The notes: a model not told the origin generated them from the sequence alone. DNA of 41,008 nucleotides from a virus (IMGVR_UViG_2541047933_000001); one strand, 5' to 3'; counted from the stretch's first letter, positions 25,128 through 34,121 are shown. Translations and numbers: made by a program.

Positions 25128-25569
25128 CACCCGCTTTCACGAAGGTCATGTGTAGAAGGCCGCAGCATAACTATCACTGATGAATTCAGGATAGCCAGTG
25201 GCTACGGCTCAGGTTGGGTTGTGGCGGTCGGTGCTGAACTCCGACTTAATGACGATAGGCGTGTACCGACGCCTCGTTTTACTTCCTCCGCTTTCACGGC
25301 TTCACCCTAGACCAGCTTTACGAAATCCTCGTAAACCTAACCGCGGCAGATATGACCGGCACGGTGTGCCATATCACGGACCGGCGGGTGTCTCGTTCAC
25401 CTGATTAACGCATCAGCCTGCGTATTCACCACAACGATAAGAGTACTGCGCGGCACCTTTCACCAATTCCGCGAGGTCTGCGGGTTCAATGCTCTTACCT
25501 GTTGTGCAAACAAAAAAGCCACCGTTGCAACTTAAGAGTCACTAACGGCAGCTTACCTTCTAATTATGG

Positions 25570-26088
25570 CTAAATGGATAATTGCATGTCAAGGTTTTTA
25601 ACAGCAACATGCTTAACTTTCTCAACACGTTTACGCATTTTGAAAGCATTTTGCATTGGCTGGTATAAAACAAATAATGACGCTTTCAGGATGTCGTCAA
25701 TTTCGTTTCTACAGGTTGCCAGTGAAGGTTTTCTCCATCCCTCGCCACCACGTCCACACATCTTGCGTGGCTTTGCAGTCGCGTGATAGTAGGATGCAAT
25801 TGCTCGCTTAGATGAACCATGAGCGTAGTAGCTGAGGAGGATGCCAAAGGCTTTCTTGTCAATGTACATGACGGAATCAACGACCTGAGAAATCAACATT
25901 CCATCATCATCATTACACATTGGCCTTGTCATAATTCTTCCCGGCTCTACGCTCTCCATGAACTTCGCTATTACGCTGCTCATGCGCTTTTCCAGACGAC
26001 CTGAATAAACCCATGCGCCCCACAGTTCAAGCCAGCCATTCAGCCACTCGTGCTGCTCTTTGGTGAGGTTTAGTTCTCTTATGCTCAT
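25570..26088 (-). CDS. Q: Late-gene antiterminator Q (phage 82/21-type family)
   Basis: 172-aa product immediately upstream of the lysis cassette; WGAW...C.DDD motif pattern as recalled for Q82-family proteins. Confidence 0.65.
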   Translation of the reverse strand: MSIRELNLTKEQHEWLNGWLELWGAWVYSGRLEKRMSSVIAKFMESVEPGRIMTRPMCNDDDGMLISQVVDSVMYIDKKAFGILLSYYAHGSSKRAIASYYHATAKPRKMCGRGGEGWRKPSLATCRNEIDDILKASLFVLYQPMQNAFKMRKRVEKVKHVAVKNLDMQLSI

Positions 26089-26273
26089 CGTCTTCCCCTC
26101 TTGCCTTGTTTGACCATCAGGACGCCGTTAACTATTACGTGACGCTCGCCTTTGCTGTCTCGGTTGTACTTGAGCACTGTTCCTCTTGCGCAGGAAAGCA
26201 TCCTCGCCACTTCGGTCTGATTGCCTCGTGTCTGGATAAGAAGCTCTGGTATCGTTTGAATTGTGGCGTTCAT
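26085..26273 (-). CDS. ninH: NinH
   Basis: 62-aa product ...TIPELLIQTRGNQTEVARMLSCARGTVLKY... matches recalled lambda NinH. Confidence 0.8.
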   Translation of the reverse strand: MNATIQTIPELLIQTRGNQTEVARMLSCARGTVLKYNRDSKGERHVIVNGVLMVKQGKRGRR

Positions 26274-26632
26274 GCGTTCTCCAGTTCGGTGATTTTTATT
26301 CCAAGCCGTCCGCCTGGTACTTTCACACCACGAATTACGCGAATGTCATCGAATTGCTCGTCGTCTTCCGCAAATCCGGCGTGGATAAGGGAGTCGAGTA
26401 AACCTTTCAGGATGTTGTCGAGGTCGCGGCGGCGGGAGTCTGGAACGTCTGCGATGACTTTGATACGGAGTCGTGATTTGGTGAAAATGTCTAACTTGAG
26501 TTGGCGGATGATTTGCTGAACGTCTTTTCGGTATTTCTGGCCTTTATCGCTTATGTAATATTGGCTTCCCCGTCTTCGCCAGTAGGTATTCACCGACGGC
26601 GGGTATGGAAGCACAAACTGATATTCGTTCAT
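26270..26632 (-). CDS. rusA: Holliday junction resolvase RusA
   Basis: 120-aa product MNEYQFVLPYPPSVNTYW..., typical RusA size and N-terminus, in the nin region. Confidence 0.85.
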   Translation of the reverse strand: MNEYQFVLPYPPSVNTYWRRRGSQYYISDKGQKYRKDVQQIIRQLKLDIFTKSRLRIKVIADVPDSRRRDLDNILKGLLDSLIHAGFAEDDEQFDDIRVIRGVKVPGGRLGIKITELENA

Positions 26633-26919
26633 GACTTAATCTTCCCCTCCCTCAGCAGTATCGCCTGCGTTCTGATCACGCCTTCGAGGTGGTAAAGTCT
26701 GGCGTCTTTGTTGTCGAGATTATGGGTGCGTCGGTCGATTTCATCGTGACACGCACTACAAGCCCATGCACCGATCAGGTCGTCAGGCTTCATTCCCGTT
26801 CCGCAAATTCCAGCCATCCGGTAATGTGCCAGAACTGTAGTTTCAGGGTTGCCATTGCATACGCCGTAAATACGTACCTGACATTCTCTTCCGCGCGCTT
26901 CTTTGCGTAGGTTAGCCAT
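26629..26919 (-). CDS. Cys-rich nin-region protein (YbcO/DUF1364-like)
   Basis: 96-aa product with multiple Cys/His, directly upstream of rusA as in DLP12-type prophages. Confidence 0.5.
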   Translation of the reverse strand: MANLRKEARGRECQVRIYGVCNGNPETTVLAHYRMAGICGTGMKPDDLIGAWACSACHDEIDRRTHNLDNKDARLYHLEGVIRTQAILLREGKIKS

Positions 26920-27641
26920 TAAGCAGCCTCCCCTGTTACTTTCAGCATTCCGTTATCGAGCAGCTTTCTGGTCAGCCACTGTTGACCACGCCCGGTGATT
27001 TTTGTGGTGAACGATATCTGTATTCCGTGATTTGTGTTGACCGCTGTTTCTTTCACTGTGAAATAGCCGCGATCCATATATTCCTGCATTGGCACATTGC
27101 GCCGGGAACCTGAAGCAATAAGGATTTTGTGATCACGCATCCACGCAAACAGTTTGTTTTGACCAATACCAACAACCTTTGCAAAGTTTCCAATCAAAAT
27201 TCCGCTGGCCTCGCCAACGCGATCGGCAAACTCAACTTTAGGTGCGACAATTGCGAGCTGGTTTTCCAGTTGCATTTTCTGCTCAGCAAGATCGGCAGCA
27301 AGGCGCAACGCTTCCGGTAGCGTTTTGGGGATATTAACCGCAGCTTCTTCAAGCTCTCGCCAGCGGTCAACAAGGCGAGCGGTGAACTCTGGCGACAACT
27401 GGGCAACAACGACAATACTGTCTCGCTTACCTTGTTCGCCCTCGAAGACGTAATGCTCGTACTGAACATTGAACCCTAAGTTATTGATTCTTTCGGAAAC
27501 CTCAATTTGAGGAAGCCGGATAACACCATTTTTAGCCAGCGTTTCGATGGTACGTTTCACATTGTCATGACGCTTACCAACCAACTCAGCAATTTCAATG
27601 CTTGTCATTTTGATGGCATTGCCATTCATTAACTCATTCAT
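26919..27641 (-). CDS. Antirepressor-like protein with KilA-C-type C-terminal domain
   Basis: 240-aa product with Rha/Bro-like N-terminal DNA-binding region and antirepressor-like C-terminal half; common nin-region cargo. Confidence 0.55.
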   Translation of the reverse strand: MNELMNGNAIKMTSIEIAELVGKRHDNVKRTIETLAKNGVIRLPQIEVSERINNLGFNVQYEHYVFEGEQGKRDSIVVVAQLSPEFTARLVDRWRELEEAAVNIPKTLPEALRLAADLAEQKMQLENQLAIVAPKVEFADRVGEASGILIGNFAKVVGIGQNKLFAWMRDHKILIASGSRRNVPMQEYMDRGYFTVKETAVNTNHGIQISFTTKITGRGQQWLTRKLLDNGMLKVTGEAA

Positions 27642-27810
27642 CGTCTTCTTCCTCGTACATTGAGCTATTCGGATCGCTCATCAGTTCTGCGCAGCAGTGC
27701 TCACACATGTGAACTTCCAGCACATGCAGCTTCTGACCGCAGTTAGCGCACGTTAAAGCTCGCTCGACGCTTTCTTTCTGGCATTGAAGGGATTGGGATG
27801 GGCTAAGCAT
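27634..27810 (-). CDS. ninF: NinF
   Basis: 58-aa product [58 protein letters not shown], translated by hand; near-identical to recalled lambda NinF; absent from the ORF track because it is under 60 aa. Confidence 0.8.
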   Translation of the reverse strand: MLSPSQSLQCQKESVERALTCANCGQKLHVLEVHMCEHCCAELMSDPNSSMYEEEDDE

Positions 27811-28192
27811 TATTGGCGTCCTGCATCATGAGAAAGACAATCATGGCGGCGCGGAGTTGGTTTTCATCTTGAGTCATATGATATGGGGTGCTATCACTGC
27901 CAACTTTTCTATGCGCTGCCTTCCATAATCCATTTTCTGGCGCTGGAATAATGCCAATTCTGTTCTCTACGATAATCGGCTCTGCGTCTTCAGGATTATT
28001 GCAGTAGTCGTACCATCGATAATTACCATTTGATTCATTGCCGACAGACCGTCCATCTGCGTTGTGCGGATAACCTAATGGTATTGCCCCCACTATCGCT
28101 TTAAATACTCGCTTGTTAATTTCAAAATCACTTAACTGTGAATAATCCATTGTCATTTCCTCGCGCGATGTCTTAGCCACCGGATATCCCAC
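27803..28192 (-). CDS. nin-region hypothetical protein
   Basis: 129-aa ORF (true start may be an internal Met, e.g. MTMDYSQL...); position within the nin cluster. Confidence 0.5.
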   Translation of the reverse strand: MGYPVAKTSREEMTMDYSQLSDFEINKRVFKAIVGAIPLGYPHNADGRSVGNESNGNYRWYDYCNNPEDAEPIIVENRIGIIPAPENGLWKAAHRKVGSDSTPYHMTQDENQLRAAMIVFLMMQDANNA

Positions 28193-28329
28193 AGGTGAGC
28201 CGTGTAGTTGAAGGTTTTTACGTCAGATTCTTTTGGGATTGGCTTGCGTTTATTTCTGGAGCGTTTCGTTGGAAGGTATTTGCAGTTTTCGCAGATGATG
28301 TCGGTGATACTTCGTCGCTGTCGTCTCAT
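28153..28329 (-). CDS. ninE: NinE
   Basis: Internal-Met product [58 protein letters not shown] matches recalled lambda NinE. Confidence 0.8.
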   Translation of the reverse strand: MRRQRRSITDIICENCKYLPTKRSRNKRKPIPKESDVKTFNYTAHLWDIRWLRHRARK

Positions 28330-28766
28330 GCCGCCCTGTCTCCCCATCGCGCTTTCCATTCGAGAGCCAGTCGCGCTTCGTCTGACCACTTAACGCCACG
28401 CTCTGTACCGAATGCCTGTATAAGCTCTAATAGCTCCGCAAATTCGTTTACACGCATCCTGCTGGTTGACTGGCCTATTACCACAAAGCCATTCCCGGCA
28501 AGGTTAGGAACAACATCCTGCTGCTTTAATGCTGCGGTAAACACACACTTCCAGCTTTCTGCATCCAGCCAGCGACCATGCCATTCAACCTGACGAGAGA
28601 CGTCACCAAGGCAAGCCCAAAGCTTTCGATTCTGGTCTAAGCTGCGGTTGCGTTCCTGAATGGTTACTACGATTGGTTTGGTTGGGTCTGGAAGGATTTG
28701 CTGTACTGCGTGAATAGCGTTTTGCTGATGTGCTGGAGATCGAATTTCAAAGGTTAGTTTTTTCAT
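28326..28766 (-). CDS. ninB: NinB (recombination mediator)
   Basis: 146-aa product, same length as lambda NinB, at the conserved position upstream of ninE. Confidence 0.8.
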   Translation of the reverse strand: MKKLTFEIRSPAHQQNAIHAVQQILPDPTKPIVVTIQERNRSLDQNRKLWACLGDVSRQVEWHGRWLDAESWKCVFTAALKQQDVVPNLAGNGFVVIGQSTSRMRVNEFAELLELIQAFGTERGVKWSDEARLALEWKARWGDRAA

Positions 28767-28971
28767 GACTTCCCTCTCTAACAGATTTCAGGTTATTCCA
28801 CTCCGTTACCGCACTGCGATAATTCGCGGCCACCACAGCAGCGTGGTTAGCGCAGTAGATTTGGCACCCGTTCTCCATGTCGAATATTGTCGGTGATTTT
28901 CCGCATTTACATTTTTTGGCACGCGGTGCGTCTGAACACATTCCGTTAACGGTGTCCATCAGGATCACCAT
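28747..28971 (-). CDS. Small Cys-rich hypothetical protein between the helicase and ninB
   Basis: 74-aa ORF containing CKCGK...C...C..H; occupies the position of ren in lambda. Confidence 0.4.
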   Translation of the reverse strand: MVILMDTVNGMCSDAPRAKKCKCGKSPTIFDMENGCQIYCANHAAVVAANYRSAVTEWNNLKSVREGSHEKTNL

Positions 28972-28984
28972 CGTTCTTAATCCA

Positions 28985-29013
28985 ATAAAAAAGGGCTACT
29001 GTGTAAATAGCCC
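28985..29013 (-). terminator. Rho-independent terminator after the replication genes (tR2-like position)
   Basis: Minus-strand hairpin GGGCTA-TTTACACAG-TAGCCC followed by a U6 run. Confidence 0.65.
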
Positions 29014-29040
29014 CTGTTATTAGCTCAGTGACGTAGATGG

Positions 29041-30417
29041 TCATACGTCCGCCCCTTGTGCATATCGTCTGCCACGCGCAGCAGGCGCATTTGATGCTGT
29101 GCAAATCTGTCTGGCTTCATCCTGGTCACATGCAACAAAGTGTCCGTTGCAGAACCGCTGGTAAACCGTACCAAGTGAGCCAAAACGGTTTTTCGTCACA
29201 ATGATTTCAGCAAATGGCGCGGCGCTACTGTTCTCGTCATATACCGCTTCCCGATAGAGCATGATGATTGAGTCTGCGTCCTGTTCAATGCTTCCTGAAT
29301 CACGCAAATCTGCGTTTGTCGGGCGTTTGTTTGGTCGCTTCTCAACATCGCGTGAAAGCTGACTTAGGGAGATAACAGGCGTTTTCAGGTCTTTCGCCAT
29401 CGCCTTAAGGCTTCCTGAGATGTGGGCAATTGCGAGGTCGTTGCGATCTGCTTTCGGCTTCTCAATCAGGCCAAGATAATCCGCCATGATGAGTGACAGG
29501 TTTGGATTTTCCTGTTTGTGTCGTTCTGCGATTGAGCGTATTTCTTCGACCGATAACCGCGAGGCATCGACTACCCATACATCCAAATCTGCAAGCTGAC
29601 TCATGCCGTTAGCAACACGCGCCCAGCCTTCGTCATCCATCGATGCAGGATTTCGCAGTACGCTAACCGACATCCTCCCGGCGTTGGCAATGCTTCGCTC
29701 TGCAATCTGCAATGCGCTCATTTCCATTGAGAAAATCAATACCCCGCGCCGGACGTCAGAACCAGGAATAACGCGGCTTGCAACGCCTTCGGCAATCTTC
29801 AGCGCCAGCTCGGTTTTCCCCATACCAGGACGAGCAGCGATTATCACCAGGTCTTCTGCGTTCATCCCTCCGGTGATGGCATCAAGTTCTTCGATTCCGG
29901 TCTTCAGGGTATCGGACTCTTCTCCGTTCCTCAGACGCCTGTCAAGCGTGTCAGTGTAGTCAGTAATGATTTCCCCTAACCGTACAGGTTTAACCTCGTC
30001 ACGGGGCTTTCTGATGGCTGAAAGACGCTTTACAAGCTCATCCATCGCCTGACTCGATGCGTCGATGGTTCCGCTCTGAATTGGTTCACGCATTTCATCC
30101 ATGATTTCCAGCACCAGACGGCGGTGATAGTTATCCGCGACCATTCCGGCATATCCCTTCAGGTTTGCGGCACTCGGGCAGTTTTTGCTGGTCATCAGGA
30201 TTGCGGTGAAATGCTCCTCTCCGCACGCCTCGGCAACCATCAGCGCGTCGATTAGGTTTCTGTTTCTCGCCTGCTTGCGAATAACCTCGAAGGCTTTCCG
30301 GTAGAGCGGAATTGAAAACGCTTCCGGCTCCAGCGTTGCAAGAACGTCACTGGCGGTTGGAGTTAATCCACCAATCAGCAGGCCACCGATAACGCTCGCT
30401 TCGATATCCTGTCTCAT
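29041..30417 (-). CDS. Replicative DNA helicase, DnaB family (P22 gene 12 equivalent)
   Basis: 458-aa product with Walker [14 protein letters not shown] and DnaB-like C-terminal motifs. Confidence 0.9.
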   Translation of the reverse strand: MRQDIEASVIGGLLIGGLTPTASDVLATLEPEAFSIPLYRKAFEVIRKQARNRNLIDALMVAEACGEEHFTAILMTSKNCPSAANLKGYAGMVADNYHRRLVLEIMDEMREPIQSGTIDASSQAMDELVKRLSAIRKPRDEVKPVRLGEIITDYTDTLDRRLRNGEESDTLKTGIEELDAITGGMNAEDLVIIAARPGMGKTELALKIAEGVASRVIPGSDVRRGVLIFSMEMSALQIAERSIANAGRMSVSVLRNPASMDDEGWARVANGMSQLADLDVWVVDASRLSVEEIRSIAERHKQENPNLSLIMADYLGLIEKPKADRNDLAIAHISGSLKAMAKDLKTPVISLSQLSRDVEKRPNKRPTNADLRDSGSIEQDADSIIMLYREAVYDENSSAAPFAEIIVTKNRFGSLGTVYQRFCNGHFVACDQDEARQICTASNAPAARGRRYAQGADV

Positions 30418-31361
30418 GCAATCCCCCTGTCTGCAAACTTCCCTTCCCGAACTCCCGTTAACGAGTCTTCTCTCAGCAGGTAATCAAAATCAGCCGTCCA
30501 GCCCGTGTCGTTGTCTCCGAAGTAAAACGGCTTGGCCTGATGCACAAACGCCCTGACATACGCTCTGAAACCGTCCACGTTTGGCGTTTTCAGTTGCGGG
30601 ATGATTTTCTTCAGGCGGCGTTTTCGTTTCTCGTTGACCGCAACAGCGTGTGGCAGTCTGTCACCGACTTCGGTGTTGTAGGCGTTCAGGAAGGATTCGT
30701 AGTCGATTCGTTCTGCCTTGCGACGTTCAGGTTTAACCTGCCCATCGCCTCCCCCATTGGGGGGTAGGGGGGTATTATTTATATTCTTGTTAATACCTTC
30801 TTGTTCATGATGTGCGGTTGTTTGTGCGGCTTCATGTGCGCTTTCATGTGCGGCATGTACGCTGAAAGCCGCGCTATTGCTGGCTTCATCATGTGCGGCA
30901 TCATGTGCGGTTGTTTGTGCGGCTTCATGTGCGGGTAAATTGTCCATTTTTTGAGCATATTCATGGTAATTTGTGATGGTTATCACACGGCCTTTTTGCT
31001 TCTCTCCATCAATGGAGATCATCCCCTCTTTCACAAAAACCTGAAGCATCCGCTCAACCTGATCACGGCTTGCTGGCTTGCCATGTCTGTCGCATAACTG
31101 AAGACCTAAATCAGCTGCTGTCACAACCAGTTGACCGGGTTGCAGATGCCATTCATGACCTTTGAAATTCGCTTTGTATGGCTTTCTGGCGGCATTCAGG
31201 AGAAGGTTTTCCCACAGGGTGCGAAGATAAACATCTTTCGCCCATGACTGTTTCAGAATGCTCCGGTACAACGGAATGTAACCAGTTTTCTGGTTCTCCA
31301 TCCTGTTGCTCCTGCGCTCGTGTGCGGCGCTGAAATCGTAGATTTTTGCTGTATTGCTCAT
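30414..31361 (-). CDS. Replication initiator, lambda O / P22 gp18-like, containing the origin iterons
   Basis: N-terminus [10 protein letters not shown] resembles lambda O MTNTAKILNF; internal repetitive linker ([10 protein letters not shown] repeats) is encoded by DNA iterons. Confidence 0.8.
   Translation of the reverse strand: MSNTAKIYDFSAAHERRSNRMENQKTGYIPLYRSILKQSWAKDVYLRTLWENLLLNAARKPYKANFKGHEWHLQPGQLVVTAADLGLQLCDRHGKPASRDQVERMLQVFVKEGMISIDGEKQKGRVITITNYHEYAQKMDNLPAHEAAQTTAHDAAHDEASNSAAFSVHAAHESAHEAAQTTAHHEQEGINKNINNTPLPPNGGGDGQVKPERRKAERIDYESFLNAYNTEVGDRLPHAVAVNEKRKRRLKKIIPQLKTPNVDGFRAYVRAFVHQAKPFYFGDNDTGWTADFDYLLREDSLTGVREGKFADRGIA
30805..30985. promoter_or_regulatory. Origin of replication: about 8 iterons containing TGTGCGG at roughly 12-bp spacing, then an AT-rich tract
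   Basis: Direct repeats TCATGTGCGG / TTTGTGCGG between 30808 and 30934, including a 34-36-nt block duplicated at 30805 and 30901, followed by an AT-rich stretch, all inside the O-like gene as in lambda. Confidence 0.7.
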
Positions 31362-31363
31362 AA

Positions 31364-31636
31364 CTACCTGCCTTGACGAAAGACCTTAAGAACATCGTTA
31401 AACTGACTTACGGATATGTCTTCTTTGAGAAGCTTTTCCAGAAATGCGTTTGGAATGAACGTATATCCCTCCTCTTTTGGTAGAGACGGGAGCAACGCCC
31501 TCGCCTCAGCCTTCAGAAGCTCAGTTCTGGCAACTTTCACAAAAGAGATTTGAGTTCTTTCATCAATGGAACGAAGGAAGCGCAAACGCTTAGCTTCTTT
31601 GTGTGTATCAGGTGGATTAAAGCCTTTGTTTCGCAT
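31364..31636 (-). CDS. Hypothetical protein inserted between cII and the O-like gene
   Basis: 90-aa ORF from ATG at 31636 (MRNKGFNPPDTHKEAKRLRFL...) with GAGGT RBS; its stop abuts the O-like start. Confidence 0.5.
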   Translation of the reverse strand: MRNKGFNPPDTHKEAKRLRFLRSIDERTQISFVKVARTELLKAEARALLPSLPKEEGYTFIPNAFLEKLLKEDISVSQFNDVLKVFRQGR

Positions 31637-31658
31637 ATAATTACCTCGTTGGATGTTG

Positions 31659-31952
31659 TTAAAATTCCATTTGTATTTGATCAGAACGCTCGGTTGCCGC
31701 CGGGCGTTTTTTATTGGTGAGAATCGAAGCAACTTGTCGTGCCAATCGAGCCATGTCGTCGTCGACAACACCCCATTCAAGAACAGCAAGCAGCATTGAG
31801 AACTTTGGAATCCAGTCCCTCTTCCACCTGCTGATCTGCGACTTATCAACGCCCACAGCTTCCGCTGTCTTCTCAGTTCCAAGCATTGCGATTTTGTTAA
31901 GCAACGCACTCTCGATTCTTAGAGCCTCGTTGCGTTTGTTTGCACGAACCAT
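31659..31952 (-). CDS. cII: CII transcriptional activator (near-identical to lambda CII)
   Basis: Internal-Met product MVRANKRNEALRIESALLNKIAMLGTEKTAEAVGVDKSQISRWKRDWIPKFSMLLAVLEWGVVDDDMARLARQVASILTNKKRPAATERSDQIQMEF matches recalled lambda CII. Confidence 0.9.
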   Translation of the reverse strand: MVRANKRNEALRIESALLNKIAMLGTEKTAEAVGVDKSQISRWKRDWIPKFSMLLAVLEWGVVDDDMARLARQVASILTNKKRPAATERSDQIQMEF

Positions 31953-32010
31953 ATGTAAGTATTTCCTTAACAAATAAGAAGTTATGCGCATCAACTTATG
32001 CGCGTTGTAT

Positions 32011-32053
32011 TCCCGCATTTCGGCGGGAATGAGGACCATGACTGTTAAAGAGC
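32011..32053 (-). promoter_or_regulatory. nutR-like site: boxA (GCTCTTTAAC) plus boxB hairpin (TCCCGCCGAAATGCGGGA)
   Basis: rrn-type boxA and a 6-bp-stem hairpin between cro and cII on the transcribed strand; an identical boxA/boxB pair recurs at nutL. Confidence 0.6.
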
Positions 32054-32060
32054 AATTTGC

Positions 32061-32246
32061 TTATGCCGCTTTGCGGTAAGCGCTTTCTTGATACTTCAGG
32101 GCGCCAGCTGTAACGACTTCCAGTCGATAGGCGTCTTTCTCTGGGATGACTTCCTTCCACTGAGAGACTGCTGCGTCGCTAATGCCTAACGCTTTAGCTA
32201 CAGCACGCTGGGTTCCGAAGTGGTCGATAACATCTTTCTTGTACAT
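32061..32246 (-). CDS. cro: Cro (P22-type)
   Basis: 61-aa product MYKKDVIDHFGTQRAVAKALGISDAAVSQWKEVIPEKDAYRLEVVTAGALKYQ... matches recalled P22 Cro. Confidence 0.9.
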   Translation of the reverse strand: MYKKDVIDHFGTQRAVAKALGISDAAVSQWKEVIPEKDAYRLEVVTAGALKYQESAYRKAA

Positions 32247-32260
32247 AGACTCGCTCCGAA

Positions 32261-32326
32261 ATTAAAGAACACTTAAATTATCCACTAAAGGAATCTTAAG
32301 TCAAGTTTATTTAAGATGTCTTAACT
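32261..32326. promoter_or_regulatory. OR operator region: three 18-bp operator-like sites at 24-bp spacing, overlapping divergent PR and PRM
   Basis: ATTAAAGAACACTTAAAT (32261-32278), ACTAAAGGAATCTTAAGT (32285-32302), ATTTAAGATGTCTTAACT (32309-32326), each with AnTaAAG...CTTAAnT half-site symmetry, between divergent cro and c2. Confidence 0.7.
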
Positions 32327-32977
32327 ATGAAAACTCAATTGATGGGAGAGCGCATTCGCGCTCGGAGAAAAGAACTCAAGATCAGGCAGGCCGCACTTGG
32401 AAAGATGGTCGGCGTGTCTAATGTTGCCATATCTCAGTGGGAACGCTCTGAGACAGAGCCAAATGGAGAGAATCTTCTCGCCCTGGCTAATGCGTTGAAG
32501 TGTTCCCCTGACTATCTGATGAAAGGAGAGGAAAGTCTTTCAAACATTGCCTATCACAGTAGGCATGATCCAAGAGGGTCATACCCTCTGATTAGCTGGG
32601 TGAGCGCAGGATGCTGGATGGAAGCTGTAGAACCATATCATAAGCGTGCAATAGATAACTGGTACGATACAACCGTAGACTGTTCAGAAGATTCGTTTTG
32701 GTTGGACGTGAAGGGAGACTCAATGACGGCTCCGGCCGGTCTCAGTATCCCTGAAGGAATGATAATACTCGTCGATCCTGAAGTAGAGCCGCGTAACGGG
32801 AAACTGGTAGTTGCAAAGCTCGAAGGAGAAAACGAGGCAACTTTCAAGAAGTTAGTTATTGATGCAGGCAGGAAGTTTCTAAAACCACTTAACCCACAAT
32901 ATCCGATGATCGAGATCAACGGAAACTGCAAAATCATCGGCGTAGTTGTCGATGCAAAACTAGCAAACCTTCCATAA
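32327..32977 (+). CDS. c2: C2 repressor (P22-type, LexA-like autocleavage fold)
   Basis: 216-aa product MKTQLMGERIRARRKELKIRQAALGKMVGVSNVAISQWERSETEPNGENLLALA... matches recalled P22 C2 over its full length. Confidence 0.9.
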   Translation: MKTQLMGERIRARRKELKIRQAALGKMVGVSNVAISQWERSETEPNGENLLALANALKCSPDYLMKGEESLSNIAYHSRHDPRGSYPLISWVSAGCWMEAVEPYHKRAIDNWYDTTVDCSEDSFWLDVKGDSMTAPAGLSIPEGMIILVDPEVEPRNGKLVVAKLEGENEATFKKLVIDAGRKFLKPLNPQYPMIEINGNCKIIGVVVDAKLANLP

Positions 32978-33002
32978 GGGGGCATTCGCCCCTTTTTTTT
33001 TA
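32978..33002 (+). terminator. Rho-independent terminator immediately after c2
   Basis: GGGGC-ATTC-GCCCC hairpin followed by a T9 run. Confidence 0.8.
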
Positions 33003-33019
33003 TTTCCTTTAAAAATCAA

Positions 33020-33100
33020 AGCTAAACTTAAGTTACGAAAGAAAATTTAAGTTTTCTTCAAAAATACTCTTGACCATTAATTAAAGAGATCTTAAATTTA
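33020..33100 (+). promoter_or_regulatory. OL/PL region: operator-like sites and candidate PL (-35 TTGACC 33070-33075, -10 TTAAAT 33093-33098)
   Basis: 18-bp sites ATTAAAGAGATCTTAAAT (33080-33097) and ATTTAAGTTTTCTTCAAA (33045-33062) share the OR half-site pattern; promoter hexamers with 17-bp spacer directed at N. Confidence 0.5.
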
Positions 33101-33145
33101 AGCCATCAGCAGGACGCTGGAAGCCAAACGGAAAAGATTGGCAGG

Positions 33146-33185
33146 CTCTTTAACATTGATGGGATTGTCCCGCCGAAATGCGGGA
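33146..33185 (+). promoter_or_regulatory. nutL-like site: boxA (GCTCTTTAAC) plus boxB hairpin (TCCCGCCGAAATGCGGGA)
   Basis: Same boxA and boxB sequences as at nutR, between PL and N. Confidence 0.6.
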
Positions 33186-33498
33186 ACCAAAGAGTAGTTG
33201 GCTTTGGGGTGACGTGAAGTGCAGCTGCACGACGGCAACCGGAAGATAAGCACCCGGCGCGTCACCGCCAAAGTCAATTCCATAGGCGTTATGCAGCCGC
33301 CACCATATTCAAGAAAGCTGCACAAGAGGTAGGAGGATTTATGTGAATACTTACATTCAATTGAGAGATTAATTAAATAGAACTGATCGAGCAGAGTCCA
33401 TAAAGGCTCATAAATGCTCTTCCATCCCCGTCTAATTGGCGGGGAAGGAAACCACTTTGTAATAAAAAAATTCCAAAGTTGTTTCATCGGAGGTCAAC

Positions 33499-33798
33499 AT
33501 GACAGTAGTCATTACATATCTGGCTGACGATAACGCCAGAAATCGCCGCAGAGCACGCAGACAGGCTCAACGTGAACAGGCAATGCAAGAACAGCGACTG
33601 GCGCGAAAGATTGCGCTAAAGCTCTCTGGTTGCGTCAGAGCAGACAAAGCAGCATCACTCGGAAGCCTTCGCTGCAAGAAGGCAGAAGAAGTCGAGAGTA
33701 AACAGAATCGTATTTACTACCGCAAGCCACGCAGTGAAATGGGGGTGACTTGTGTTGGTCGCCAGAAAATGAAATTAGGAAGCAAACCACTTATTTGA
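33499..33798 (+). CDS. N: N-type transcription antiterminator
   Basis: 99-aa product with N-terminal Arg-rich motif (NARNRRRARRQAQREQ) and C-terminus RIYYRKPRSEMGVTCVGRQKMKLGSKPLI resembling the lambda N C-terminus. Confidence 0.8.
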   Translation: MTVVITYLADDNARNRRRARRQAQREQAMQEQRLARKIALKLSGCVRADKAASLGSLRCKKAEEVESKQNRIYYRKPRSEMGVTCVGRQKMKLGSKPLI

Positions 33799-33806
33799 GG
33801 TGATAT

Positions 33807-33893
33807 ATGGAAGAAGAATTTGAAGAGTTCGAAGAGCATCCGCAGGATGTGATGGAACAATACCAGGACTATCCTTATGACTACGACTATTGA
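33807..33893 (+). CDS. 28-codon highly acidic/aromatic small ORF (MEEEFEEFEEHPQDVMEQYQDYPYDYDY) overlapping the ral start
   Basis: Strong RBS GAGGTGATAT 8 nt upstream of the ATG; overlaps ral by 17 nt in another frame; may correspond to the small ORF annotated near ral in lambda (unverified). Confidence 0.35.
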   Translation: MEEEFEEFEEHPQDVMEQYQDYPYDYDY

Positions 33894-34077
33894 TAAGAAT
33901 CAATGGTGTGGACAATTCAAGCGATGCAATGGATGCAAGCTGCAATCGGAATGTATGGTTAAGCCTGAAGAAATGTTTCCTGTAATGGAAGATGGGAAAT
34001 ATGTCGATAAATGGGCAATACGAACGACGGCAATGATTGCCAGAGAACTTAGTAAACAGAATAACAAGGCTGCCTGA
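33877..34077 (+). CDS. ral: Restriction alleviation protein Ral (near-identical to lambda Ral)
   Basis: 66-aa product MTTTIDKNQWCGQFKRCNGCKLQSECMVKPEEMFPVMEDGKYVDKWAIRTTAMIARELSKQNNKAA matches recalled lambda Ral. Confidence 0.9.
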   Translation: MTTTIDKNQWCGQFKRCNGCKLQSECMVKPEEMFPVMEDGKYVDKWAIRTTAMIARELSKQNNKAA

Positions 34078-34094
34078 TGGTGGCCTTTATTTTT
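34068..34094 (+). terminator. Rho-independent terminator overlapping the ral stop codon
   Basis: GGCTGCC-TGAT-GGTGGCC hairpin (stop codon in the loop) followed by TTTATTTTT. Confidence 0.6.
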
Positions 34095-34121
34095 GTCCGT
34101 AAATAATTTCATGCTTATTAC
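34093..34121 (+). promoter_or_regulatory. Candidate autonomous promoter for the membrane-protein moron (-35 TTGTCC, -10 TATTAC, 17-bp spacer)
   Basis: Hexamers positioned about 15 nt upstream of the AAGGTG RBS of the 34136 ORF, directly after the ral terminator. Confidence 0.35.

Noticed and set aside
25198-25404. 68-aa plus-strand ORF in the Q-S leader
   Set aside because: Pro/Arg-rich translation with no RBS, opposite to the late transcript; the region is more likely structured leader RNA.
33098-33487. 129-aa minus-strand ORF
   Set aside because: It lies antisense across the nutL site and N leader, has no RBS and an implausible composition; the region is better explained as regulatory.
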